Below are positions 1 to 9,122 of a stretch of 34,893 nt of DNA, one piece after another (within the stretch, counting starts at the first letter, position 1; each line of letters starts with the position of its first letter). The notes under the pieces are model-generated. The model searched no databases. It saw only the letters and a list, made by a program, of their open reading frames with translations, and was not told where the DNA came from. This DNA comes from Deltaproteobacteria bacterium (lineage in GTDB: Bacteria; CG2-30-53-67), in the NCBI GenBank assembly GCA_013151235.1, contig JAADIO010000001.1, positions 1 to 34,893 of the forward strand. The letters are read 5' to 3'. Both the position numbers and the translations under genes were made by a program.

Positions 1-743
1 ATTTCCGTCGAAACGGCATGTGAGATCATCGCCTTCGCCATCGCCACATTCTGCCGGATAATCTGCAGCACCGCTTCGGCGTTGACATCGTCTTCCTCCT
101 CATGCCAGCAGTCGTAGTCGGTGGAAAGAGCAATCGTCGCATAACAAAGACCCGCCTCCCGTGCCAGTTTGGCCTCCGTGGCATTGGTCATTCCGATCAC
201 CTCCACGCCCCAGGAGCGATAAATCCCGGACTCCGCCCTCGTCGAAAACTGGGGCCCTTCAATACAGAGATAGGTCCCCCCCCGGTGTACCTTGGCGCCG
301 GCCTTTTTCCCGGCCTCTCCCAGCCGCTCGGCCAGAACCGGGCAGATCGGATCGGCCAGGGAGACATGCCCTACGATCCCCTGACCAAAGAATGTGGAGA
401 TTCGCTTCCGGGTATTGTCGTAGAACTGGTCGGGAATCACGATATCCCCCGGCGCAATTTCCTCCTTCATGCTCCCCACGGCGCTGACGGAGATGATCTG
501 TTCCACACCGAGTTTTTTCATCGCATAGATGTTTGCACGGAAATTTATTTCCGAGGGGAGAATCCGGTGACCTTTTCCATGCCGGGGAAGAAAGGCGACA
601 TCCACTCCGTTCAGTTTTCCCAGCGTCAACGGATCGGAAGGATCGCCGAACGGGGTCCGTACCACCGCCTGCTGAAGGTCTTTGATCCCTTCGATCTCGT
701 AGAGTCCGCTGCCGCCGATCACGCCGATTTGCGCTTTCCCCAT
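1..743 (-). CDS. mtnP: S-methyl-5'-thioadenosine phosphorylase (3' end runs off the window)
   Basis: Not in the ORF track. The reverse strand from ATG at 743 reads [19 protein letters not shown]..., the typical MTAP/PNP N-terminus. It is preceded by a GGAGG RBS. Confidence 0.9.
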   Translation of the reverse strand, partial: MGKAQIGVIGGSGLYEIEGIKDLQQAVVRTPFGDPSDPLTLGKLNGVDVAFLPRHGKGHRILPSEINFRANIYAMKKLGVEQIISVSAVGSMKEEIAPGDIVIPDQFYDNTRKRISTFFGQGIVGHVSLADPICPVLAERLGEAGKKAGAKVHRGGTYLCIEGPQFSTRAESGIYRSWGVEVIGMTNATEAKLAREAGLCYATIALSTDYDCWHEEEDDVNAEAVLQIIRQNVAMAKAMISHAVSTE

Positions 744-767
744 GGTTCCTCCCTTGAAAACGGCGCT

Positions 768-796
768 ATCGTAACATCACCGGGAAAACCAGTCAA
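768..796 (-). promoter_or_regulatory. sigma-70 promoter for mtnP
   Basis: TTGACT-17 nt-TACGAT on the minus strand with a TG extended -10. Confidence 0.6.
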
Positions 797-884
797 GGAA
801 ATTGACTTTTTCTCCTTGATTTTCGTTGATGTTCTGATCGATAGTAAGCAGGGATTCCAAAACCTCACGGGAGGCCCCTGTAAA

Positions 885-2177
885 ATGACACCGGCCGGAA
901 CAAAAGACTGCATTCTCAGCGCCGACTGGCTTCTTCCCGTCACAGCGCCCCCGATCTCCGAAGGAGGCGTCGTCATCGTTGACGGGAAGATCCTCGCCAT
1001 CGGAAAAGGAGAAGAACTCTCCCGCCGCTTCTCCCCTCTTCCCTATCGGGCCTTCCCGGGATGCATCCTCATGCCGGGCCTGATCAATGCCCACACTCAT
1101 CTCGACCTGAGCCTTTTCCGGGACCGGCTTACTCTTCCCGCAGATTTCGTCTCCTGGCTCCTTGAGCTGATCCCCCTAAGACTTCAGATGGATGCGCGTC
1201 AATCCGGCGAGGCCCTCCGGCGGGGAGCCGGGGAAGCCGTTTTGAGTGGCACCACGACGATCGGAGACATCACCCGCTCCGGTGAGTCGATCCCGATTCT
1301 TCAGAAAATCGGATGCCGGGGCGTACTCTTCCGGGAAGTGATCGACCGATCCGTTCATGAAGCCTCCGCCTGGATCGAAGACCTGAAGGAGAAGATCTCT
1401 GCCATGAAAAGTGAGGCCGGAGGAAAAATCACCATCGGCATCTCTCCCCATACCCCCTATACCCTTTCGAAAGAGCGGATGGAGGCGCTGGCCGCCTTCC
1501 TGAGAGAAGTTCCCCTTCCTTGTACCATGCACATCGCCGAATCGGAAGCGGAACGGGACTATTTCCTGCACCATACGGGGGAGCTCAAGACCCGCCTCTT
1601 TCCCGCCGTCGGTTGGGGGAAAGCGCCGGACCCGGAGGAATTCGGAACCCCTTTGGAACAAGTCCGGAAACGGAGACTGCTCGACCGCCGGCTTGCCGTC
1701 ATTCACGGAGTCCACCTGACACCGCAGGATATCAAACACCTGCACAGAGCCGGCAGTTCCGTCATCCTCTGTCCCCGAAGCAATGACAATCTCCGGGTCG
1801 GGAGAGCGCCGATCCGGAAACTGCTCGAAGCGGAGATCCCGACGGCCCTCGGCACCGACAGCCTTGCCAGCAACAGATCCCTCTCCCTCTGGGACGAAAT
1901 GCGCTTCCTCCGGAAACGGTTCCCCCATGACGATCTTGTCACGCCGGAAAGACTGATCCGTATGGCGACCCTCGGCGGTGCAGAAGCGCTGGGCCTTTCC
2001 AATGAGACCGGTTCCATCGAAGCAGGGAAAGAAGCCGACATCATCGCCGTCAACTGCCGGATGGACGAACCGGGGCGTCTCGTCTCGACCTTGATTGCAG
2101 GAACCACCCCAGGGAAGATCCGGATGATCATGGTGGGAGGAGAGATGCTGCTCGAATCCTCGATCTCTTCCTCCTGA
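885..2177 (+). CDS. metal-dependent amidohydrolase (MTA/SAH deaminase or aminodeoxyfutalosine deaminase-like)
   Basis: PGLINAHTHL, SPHTPYT, HIAES, HGVH and GTDSLASN motifs. Real start is ATG 885 after GGGAGG; the upstream part of ORF 102..2177 is the antisense of mtnP. Confidence 0.85.
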   Translation: MTPAGTKDCILSADWLLPVTAPPISEGGVVIVDGKILAIGKGEELSRRFSPLPYRAFPGCILMPGLINAHTHLDLSLFRDRLTLPADFVSWLLELIPLRLQMDARQSGEALRRGAGEAVLSGTTTIGDITRSGESIPILQKIGCRGVLFREVIDRSVHEASAWIEDLKEKISAMKSEAGGKITIGISPHTPYTLSKERMEALAAFLREVPLPCTMHIAESEAERDYFLHHTGELKTRLFPAVGWGKAPDPEEFGTPLEQVRKRRLLDRRLAVIHGVHLTPQDIKHLHRAGSSVILCPRSNDNLRVGRAPIRKLLEAEIPTALGTDSLASNRSLSLWDEMRFLRKRFPHDDLVTPERLIRMATLGGAEALGLSNETGSIEAGKEADIIAVNCRMDEPGRLVSTLIAGTTPGKIRMIMVGGEMLLESSISSS

Positions 2178-2305
2178 GGGAACCCTGGAGGATTGTTGTT
2201 CTTGACAAACATTAACGCTACGTCGCCGGCAAAAGGGGAGTTGTCAACAATAAAGATCCCCAAAATGCAGGAGCCGAAACAACATACCCCGCAAAGGAGC
2301 GCACG

Positions 2306-3691
2306 ATGACAATCGGCCCGGATCTCATCAAAGAGTTTCGCCGGATCGTCGGCAAGGATGATGTGGACAACTCTCCCGAAGGTCGCATCAGCTATGGCTA
2401 CGATGCCACACAGGTGCAACACCGGCCGGAGGTCATCCTCTACCCGTCGAACGCAGAGGAGGTCTCACGGATTCTTTCGATCTGCAATCGGGAGGGGATT
2501 CCTCTTTATCCCAGGGGTGCAGGATCGGGGTTTGCCGGAGGTGCAATCCCGGTGAAGGGCGGCGTCTCCCTGGCAATGACCCGGATGAACCGGATCAGAA
2601 AGATCGTGCCGGAGGATCTCTATGCCGTTGTTGAACCGGGCGTGATCAATGGTGCCCTGCAAAAGGCCGTGGAGAAGATGGGTCTCTTCTATCCGCCGGA
2701 TCCGGGGAGCATGGCTTTTTCCACCCTGGGAGGAAACGTGGCGACCGGCGCCGCCGGCCTTCGCTCACTGAAGTACGGTGTCACCCGGGATTATGTAATG
2801 GGACTGGAGGCGGTTCTTCCCAACGGAGAGATTATCCGTCCGGGGGTCAAGACCGTGAAGGGGGTTGTCGGGTATGACATGACGCGGCTCCTCGTCGGGT
2901 CCGAGGGGACCCTGGCGGTGGTCACGGAGATCACTCTGCGCTTGATCCCCAAACCGGAGACAAGCAGGACCGTCCTGGCGGTATTTGCAGATTATCGGGA
3001 TGCCGGCCGGACCGTTGCCCGAGTCATTGACGAAAAGATCATTCCGAGCGCCATGGAATTCATGGATGAAAACTGTGTGAATGCCGTGGAAGATCAGTTC
3101 CATCTGGACCTGCCCGCTCATGGTGCCGCTTACCTGTTGATTGAAGTTGACGGGAGGCCGGAAGAGACGGACCGGGAGATTGATCGGATCGACCGGATCT
3201 GCCGTCAGGAGGGGGCCGTCCATATGATGCGAGGTTCGGATCGTTCCGAAGAGGAACGTCTCTGGAAGGCCCGGCGCTCCATCTCTCAGGCGATCAACCG
3301 AATGGGATTGACCAAGGTGAACGAGGACATCGCCGTGCCGCGCAGCCGGATCCCGGAGATCCTTGACTACCTTCAGACGCTGGCACGGGAGAAGCGGATG
3401 CGAATCCTGACCTTCGGTCATGCCGGAGACGGAAACCTCCACGTCAACATCCTGATCAAAGCGGAACGACGACCGGAGGCGGAGGCGGTGGTGGAAGAGA
3501 TCTTTCGTGAGGTGTTGCGTCTGGAGGGTACGATCTCGGCCGAACACGGGATCGGGATGGTTAAATCAAGATTCATCGGGATGGAGATCGCCCCACCCCT
3601 CCTCTCCGCCATGAAGCGGATCAAGGAGGCCCTTGACCCGGCGGGTATTCTCAATCCCGGCAAGATCTTTCCGGTCGATCAATCCGGGTAG
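2306..3691 (+). CDS. glcD: FAD-linked oxidase, glycolate oxidase GlcD / D-lactate dehydrogenase family
   Basis: PRGAGSG, YPPDPGS, TLGGNVAT, GSEGTL, GHAGDGNLH, SAEHGIG and LNPGK motifs; AAGGAG RBS. Confidence 0.85.
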   Translation: MTIGPDLIKEFRRIVGKDDVDNSPEGRISYGYDATQVQHRPEVILYPSNAEEVSRILSICNREGIPLYPRGAGSGFAGGAIPVKGGVSLAMTRMNRIRKIVPEDLYAVVEPGVINGALQKAVEKMGLFYPPDPGSMAFSTLGGNVATGAAGLRSLKYGVTRDYVMGLEAVLPNGEIIRPGVKTVKGVVGYDMTRLLVGSEGTLAVVTEITLRLIPKPETSRTVLAVFADYRDAGRTVARVIDEKIIPSAMEFMDENCVNAVEDQFHLDLPAHGAAYLLIEVDGRPEETDREIDRIDRICRQEGAVHMMRGSDRSEEERLWKARRSISQAINRMGLTKVNEDIAVPRSRIPEILDYLQTLAREKRMRILTFGHAGDGNLHVNILIKAERRPEAEAVVEEIFREVLRLEGTISAEHGIGMVKSRFIGMEIAPPLLSAMKRIKEALDPAGILNPGKIFPVDQSG

Positions 3692-3712
3692 GGGAACCGC
3701 CCCCCCTCCCGA

Positions 3713-5056
3713 TCAGTCGAATAAGGCGCTGACGAACTCCTCGGGGTGGAAGTCCCGCAGGTCTTCTATTCCTTCTCCGATCCCGATCAGTTTGACGGGA
3801 ATACCGAGTTCCGCCGTGATGGCGGTGACGATCCCTCCCCGGGCCGTGCCATCAAGTTTGGTAAGAACGATTCCGGTGACACCGATGGTCTCATGAAAAA
3901 TCCGGGCCTGCGACAGGGCATTCTGACCGGTGGTGGCATCGAGTACCAGAAGCACCTCGTGCGGCGCGCCGGGTACCACCTTGTCCATGACCCGTTTCAT
4001 CTTCTTCAACTCTTCCATCAGGTTGACCTGGGTATGCAGCCTCCCGGCCGTATCGGCGATCACGACGGGAATCTGCCGGGATTCGGCGGCCTTGAGAGCA
4101 TCGAAAACCACGGCCGAAGGATCGGCGCCATCCTGATGACGAATGACCTCCGCCCCGACCCGTTTCCCCCAGATCTCCAACTGTTCCGAGGCAGCCGCAC
4201 GGAAGGTATCCCCGGCGGCCAGCAACACACCTTCCCCCGCCTGTGTGAAGCGATGGGCGAGTTTGCCGATCGTCGTGGTCTTGCCGACACCGTTGACACC
4301 GATCATCATGATGACACAAGTGCCGTTCTCCGGTCGATTCAGGGAATAGCCCTGACCGGCAAGAACGCCGGTCAACTCCTCCCGGATACACTCTTTGATA
4401 ATTCGGGAATCCTTCAGTTCTTTCCGCCCGATCCGCTCCCGGATCTTCTCGATCAGGGCCAGGGCATTGCCGACGCCGATATCGGATTCGACCAGGATCT
4501 CTTCCAACTCTTCGAGGGTATCGGCATCGATCTTTTTCCCCATGGAAAAAAGCCGGTCGATCTTCCCGATCAGCCCTTCCCGGGTCCGGGAGAGCCCTGC
4601 ACGGAGCCGCTGGAAGAGGGAGGGTGTAACGGACGATTCAACCCCCTCCACCTCTTCGGGCCGGACTTCTTCCGTGAATTCCTCTACCACCTCAAGTGCC
4701 GGCCCTTCACTTTCCGCCTCTTCCAATACTTCCACCATCTCCACAGGCTTTTCCCCGTTTTTCATGATCGGGACTTCTTCCGGCTCGGGAAGGATCGCTG
4801 TGGGAATTTCTTCCAACAAATCGGTGTCCGGGGGTTCCACCGAAAGGCTTTTCGACGCTTCTTCTACCTGTACTTCGATCCTTGTGGGAGCGATTTCCTC
4901 CTCTTCGACTTCCGCTGCGCTCACCCCATCCGATCGAACCGGTGTTTGCTGTTTCAGGTCCTTTTCTTGCGGATGCTGTTCCTTCCGGTAAGACTCCGCC
5001 CAGGCGGTAATTTCATCAATCCGTTCATCTTTTTCTTTTCGTTTAAAAAATGCCAT
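3713..5056 (-). CDS. ftsY: signal recognition particle receptor FtsY
   Basis: Acidic N-terminal region; GVNGVGKTTTIGKLA, DTFRAAA, DTAGRLHT and TKLDGTARGG motifs. Confidence 0.97.
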   Translation of the reverse strand: MAFFKRKEKDERIDEITAWAESYRKEQHPQEKDLKQQTPVRSDGVSAAEVEEEEIAPTRIEVQVEEASKSLSVEPPDTDLLEEIPTAILPEPEEVPIMKNGEKPVEMVEVLEEAESEGPALEVVEEFTEEVRPEEVEGVESSVTPSLFQRLRAGLSRTREGLIGKIDRLFSMGKKIDADTLEELEEILVESDIGVGNALALIEKIRERIGRKELKDSRIIKECIREELTGVLAGQGYSLNRPENGTCVIMMIGVNGVGKTTTIGKLAHRFTQAGEGVLLAAGDTFRAAASEQLEIWGKRVGAEVIRHQDGADPSAVVFDALKAAESRQIPVVIADTAGRLHTQVNLMEELKKMKRVMDKVVPGAPHEVLLVLDATTGQNALSQARIFHETIGVTGIVLTKLDGTARGGIVTAITAELGIPVKLIGIGEGIEDLRDFHPEEFVSALFD

Positions 5057-5092
5057 TGCTCTTGATCGCTTCCTTTTTGTAATGATCTATTC

Positions 5093-5545
5093 TCAGGGCC
5101 GGACCAGCCCCTCTTTTTCGAGAGTCCTCAAAATCCCGGACTCCCGCTTTCGCATCCGCTCGGCCTCGTATTCTGTGGTTTCATGATCGTAACCGATCAG
5201 GTGGAGTGCTCCATGGATCAGCAGACGAGCCATCTCCGTCTCGAAGGAATGGCCGTAGGCCTCCGCCTGACGGAGGGCACACTCCACAGAGATGACGATA
5301 TCCCCCCACATCTCCGGTGCGGGATCCGGAAAGTCCCCCTCGTTCAGGGCGAAAGAAAGGACGTCGGTGGACCGGTCCCGGCCCCGATATTCCCGGTTGA
5401 GTTCCCGGATCGTCGGGTCATCGGTCAGCAGGAGGCTGACCTCACCCTCTTTGCGGACGATTTCGAAGACTTTTTTCAAGACTGATATCGCCGGCGTCCC
5501 TGGGTCCCTGGGGATTGTTCCCTGCCGGCTGAGCCGGATTTTCAT
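5093..5545 (-). CDS. ybeY: rRNA maturation endoribonuclease YbeY
   Basis: LNREYRG..TDVLSF and HGALHLIGYDH motifs; start uncertain (5545, 5563 or 5569). Confidence 0.93.
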   Translation of the reverse strand: MKIRLSRQGTIPRDPGTPAISVLKKVFEIVRKEGEVSLLLTDDPTIRELNREYRGRDRSTDVLSFALNEGDFPDPAPEMWGDIVISVECALRQAEAYGHSFETEMARLLIHGALHLIGYDHETTEYEAERMRKRESGILRTLEKEGLVRP

Positions 5546-7970
5546 CCTTGCGGTTTTCTCCATTCTCATCCGTCAGTTTCACGGAAGGATAATCGATCCT
5601 GTGGTGATGGATACTCGTCAGTATCGGCAGCAAACTCCGTTTGATCTCCCGGAGATCTTTCAAGGTCAGGTCGCATTCATCGAGCTGCCCGTCGAGGTAG
5701 ATCCGCTCCAGGATCTTGTTCACCACCATCCCCTCGATCCGGGAGGGATTGGGACCGGCTAGTACCCGGGAGGCCGCCTCCACGGCATCGGTAATCATAA
5801 CGATCGCCGCCTCCTTCGTCTGGGGTTTGGGACCCGGATAACGGAAATCCTCTTCCTTGACGGCATGGATGGAGGGATTCTCCTGATCTTTGGCTTTCTG
5901 AAAGAAATAGGTGATCAGACTCGATCCGTGATGTTGGCGGATAATATCGAGGATCGCAGGCGGAAGCTTGTTCTCCCGGGCCAGCTCCACTCCGTCCTTG
6001 ATATGAGAGATCAGGATCAGGGCGCTCATGCTCGGGATTAACTTGTCGTGACGGTTTTCCACGTTGATCTGGTTCTCTACGAAATACTCCGCCTTTTGAA
6101 TTTTGCCGATATCGTGATACAGAGAGCTGACCCGGGTGAGGAGGGAATTTGCACCAACCGCTTCGGCGGCTTCCTCGGCCAGGTTTCCGACCATCAGGGA
6201 ATGCTGATAGGTCCCCGGTGCATGCACCAGGAGATCTTTAAGCACCCTCTGGTTCGTATCGGAAAGTTCGAGCAGCCGGATGTCCGTGGTGATTTTAAAA
6301 AGGCTTTCCAGTAACGGAACGAGCGAGGAGACCAGAACGGAAACCAGGAGACCGCCGAAAAAAGCGAAGAGGGCATCATCCAGCCCCCGGGTCAAACTGA
6401 AATCATTGTGGAGAATCGTGATCGACAATGCCGTCAGGACGTTCGCTCCCCCCACGATCATCCCACCCCGCAACAGGGCACTCCGACGCCGACAGTTCTG
6501 CACCGTCAGCGCGGCAATCACATTGCCGACCAGGGCATAGAGGGTAAAGGAGAGATCTTCATGGATCATCATCCCGGAGAGAATACTGATCATCAGGATC
6601 GGGAAGATGAAGATCCGGATTTCAAAGAGAACGCCGATCATCATACCGCAGAAGGCAAAGGGAATTCCAAAAAGTATGGAGGAGGGCTCCACGAATTCCA
6701 GGTTCGCCATCACGATCTGGGCGATCCAGTAAAAGGCCTTGATCAGACCGAGAGATCCGACGATAATCAGGCCGAGGAGCGTCAGTTTTTGCAGATCCTG
6801 TGAAATCGGCTGTTTGAAACGACGAATATAGATCAGGAAGATCCCGAGAAGGATCGCGTTGAAGAAGACAAGGCCGATAAAGGTCTGGAAGAGATTGTTC
6901 TCTTTCTGCAGGGCATTTAAGGCATTGAGCTTGGCCATGTGCCGTTCCGTAATCCGATCCCCTTCCCGGACGATCATCTCGCCTTTCTGCACCTTGAAGT
7001 AGACCGTCTTGACGGCATCCCGTTCCTTCGCCTTACGCAGTTCCGTTTCATTCTTGTTGAAGGTCAGGTTGGGTACGATCAGAAGGGAGGCAATTTCCTT
7101 GACGGCCTTTGCCGTATCCCGCGGAAGAGATGCCAGGAAGGGGTCGGAATAGCGGGCAATCGCATCATGGGCCGATTTCAGATCGAGAAAAACATCAATA
7201 TCGGAGATCTTCTTCTCAAAGTTCTCCCCGATCCCCTTGATGGTAATGCCTTTATCCGCCTCTTTGAGCAAAAGATCGGGGCTGCTCACCACCCCCCGGT
7301 TCATAACCATTTTAACCAGCAGACCGACCTCGGAGGCGAGTTCAGGAGAGAATTCCTCCCGGTCGAGAATTCTCATCGTTCTCCGGGGCACCTTGATCTG
7401 CAGGATCTTTTCAAACTGCTGATGCCCCTCTTCCAGCAGTTCCTTTTCCGTACGCTGCGGTTCTTTCCCTTCCGAAGCGGGGGAGGAAGACTGCTGCCGG
7501 GCCACCGCCTTTTCCAGACCCTCATTCTCAGCCCGGAGACGTTTTCCCATGTAATAGCGGTTCATCAGGGTAAAGGCATCCTGAATCTCCTTGTCCAGAC
7601 GGGAAACCACGGCCAGGTCAAAATCATAGACCGAGAGGGTCTCTTCCGTCACCTGGCGGCGTTTCTCCTCCGTCGCCTTCAGGTCGGGGACATCCAGATC
7701 CCGCGGCGCCTTGATGTTTTTCGGGCTGATGGCCCCGATCTGATACCGGGAGGAGATAAACTCGATATCCGGCAGGAGGAGAAAACTGAGAGACAAAACA
7801 ATGCTGCAAACGAGCAGCCCCTTCAAGAACCAGTGCGTCCGGTAAAAGGGAACTCCCTCCACCCGGAAACCGGCCTGCAGAAATTTCCTGGACGCTTCCC
7901 ACCCGGACCGGACCCGGCCGGAAAGGGTCTTGTTTTTCTTCCGGCTTTCCTTCCCGTTACTCATCGGCAT
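5442..7970 (-). CDS. 7TM receptor with extracellular domain and HD(IG) phosphohydrolase (PgpH/YqfF-like, possible c-di-AMP phosphodiesterase)
   Basis: Large extracytoplasmic domain, about 7 TM segments, then APGTYQHS, YHDIGK, HHGS, FRYPGPKP and DAVEAA motifs; canonical phoH-HD-ybeY context. Confidence 0.9.
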   Translation of the reverse strand: MPMSNGKESRKKNKTLSGRVRSGWEASRKFLQAGFRVEGVPFYRTHWFLKGLLVCSIVLSLSFLLLPDIEFISSRYQIGAISPKNIKAPRDLDVPDLKATEEKRRQVTEETLSVYDFDLAVVSRLDKEIQDAFTLMNRYYMGKRLRAENEGLEKAVARQQSSSPASEGKEPQRTEKELLEEGHQQFEKILQIKVPRRTMRILDREEFSPELASEVGLLVKMVMNRGVVSSPDLLLKEADKGITIKGIGENFEKKISDIDVFLDLKSAHDAIARYSDPFLASLPRDTAKAVKEIASLLIVPNLTFNKNETELRKAKERDAVKTVYFKVQKGEMIVREGDRITERHMAKLNALNALQKENNLFQTFIGLVFFNAILLGIFLIYIRRFKQPISQDLQKLTLLGLIIVGSLGLIKAFYWIAQIVMANLEFVEPSSILFGIPFAFCGMMIGVLFEIRIFIFPILMISILSGMMIHEDLSFTLYALVGNVIAALTVQNCRRRSALLRGGMIVGGANVLTALSITILHNDFSLTRGLDDALFAFFGGLLVSVLVSSLVPLLESLFKITTDIRLLELSDTNQRVLKDLLVHAPGTYQHSLMVGNLAEEAAEAVGANSLLTRVSSLYHDIGKIQKAEYFVENQINVENRHDKLIPSMSALILISHIKDGVELARENKLPPAILDIIRQHHGSSLITYFFQKAKDQENPSIHAVKEEDFRYPGPKPQTKEAAIVMITDAVEAASRVLAGPNPSRIEGMVVNKILERIYLDGQLDECDLTLKDLREIKRSLLPILTSIHHHRIDYPSVKLTDENGENRKDENPAQPAGNNPQGPRDAGDISLEKSLRNRPQRG

Positions 7971-7973
7971 CGC

Positions 7974-8987
7974 TCATTTCGTTTCCCTGTTTTTTTCATA
8001 TTTTTCATACGCCCGGATGATGTCCTGCACAAGTTTGTGACGAATGACATCTTTATTCGAGAAGAGGGAGATCCGGATTCCGGGAACCCCCTTCAGAATC
8101 TCTTTCGCATGGATCAGACCGGAGTGTTTCTCCTTGGGCAGATCAATCTGGGTGATATCCCCCGTCAGGACCACCCGTGAATTAAAACCGAGCCGGGTCA
8201 GAAACATCTTCATCTGTTCCCGGGTCGTGTTCTGCCCCTCATCAAGGATAATAAAAGAGTCGTTCAGGGTCCGGCCGCGCATATAGGCCAACGGCGCAAT
8301 CTCGATCGTTCCCCGTTCAATCAGCCGGTTCGCCCGGTCGGGCTCGATCATATCGTACAGTGCATCATAGAGCGGACGCAAATAAGGATGGATCTTCTGA
8401 TAAAGATCGCCGGGAAGAAAACCGAGATGCTCACCGGCCTCCACCGCCGGACGGGTCAGAATAATCCGTCCCACTTCCTGGTTCGAAAAAGCGGCGACGG
8501 CCATGGCCATGGCCAGATAGGTCTTGCCGGTCCCCGCCGGCCCGATCCCCAAGACCACATCGTGATGCCGGATCGCTTCAATGTACTTGGATTGCGCCGG
8601 GGTTTTAGGGAGGATCACCTTCTTGCGGGAAGGAACACGGATCCCCCCGCTGAGCAGTTCCGCCAGCACCACCCCGCCATGATCGGCCAACGCCCGGATG
8701 GCAAACCCCATATCTTCGGCCCGGACCGTCCCGTTGGAAAGAGAACGGTTCAATTCCTCCAGCGCCTTCCGGGCCTGATCCACCCTTCCGGACTCCCCGC
8801 GAAGTTCCATCTTCCTGCCCCGGGCGGAGATCCGGATCTGGAAAAGTTTCTCGATCAGATCAAGGTTCTCATCATTTTGCCCGTAGAGGAGCGGCATGTT
8901 AGCCGGATCGATACTCAAAAGGGCCTGCGCACGCTTTTCCGCCAAATCAGCTCCCGACAGGAAAACAATTTTTTGCAACGCCGTCAA
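7974..8987 (-). CDS. phoH: PhoH-like ATPase
   Basis: GPAGTGKTYLA, TRPAVEAGE.LGFLPG, YMRGRT and DEGQN motifs; start may be the TTG at 8945. Confidence 0.95.
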   Translation of the reverse strand: MTALQKIVFLSGADLAEKRAQALLSIDPANMPLLYGQNDENLDLIEKLFQIRISARGRKMELRGESGRVDQARKALEELNRSLSNGTVRAEDMGFAIRALADHGGVVLAELLSGGIRVPSRKKVILPKTPAQSKYIEAIRHHDVVLGIGPAGTGKTYLAMAMAVAAFSNQEVGRIILTRPAVEAGEHLGFLPGDLYQKIHPYLRPLYDALYDMIEPDRANRLIERGTIEIAPLAYMRGRTLNDSFIILDEGQNTTREQMKMFLTRLGFNSRVVLTGDITQIDLPKEKHSGLIHAKEILKGVPGIRISLFSNKDVIRHKLVQDIIRAYEKYEKNRETK

Positions 8988-8997
8988 ATTTGCTCCT

Positions 8998-9026
8998 ATT
9001 ATATCTTTGACTACAAGGGGTTACAA
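8998..9026 (-). promoter_or_regulatory. sigma-70 promoter for the phoH operon
   Basis: TTGTAA-17 nt-TATAAT on the minus strand. Confidence 0.6.
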
Positions 9027-9043
9027 GAGAAGAATTCCCTGCC

Positions 9044-9072
9044 TTGCCGTTCCGGGAAATAGGTGGTAAAAT
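9044..9072 (+). promoter_or_regulatory. sigma-70 promoter for the acyltransferase/hydrolase gene
   Basis: TTGCCG-17 nt-TAAAAT with a TG extended -10. Confidence 0.5.
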
Positions 9073-9122
9073 AACAATGATTCCGGTAACTTAGGAATCC
9101 ACCCCGCAAAAGGATCCGCTTC

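Noticed and set aside
102-884. Apparent 261-aa N-terminal extension of the amidohydrolase ORF
   Set aside because: It is the antisense shadow of mtnP plus intergenic DNA; homology starts at ATG 885.
2192-2251. Inverted TTGACAA/TTGTCAA motifs upstream of glcD
   Set aside because: No properly spaced -10 box and no recognisable regulator consensus; too weak to call.
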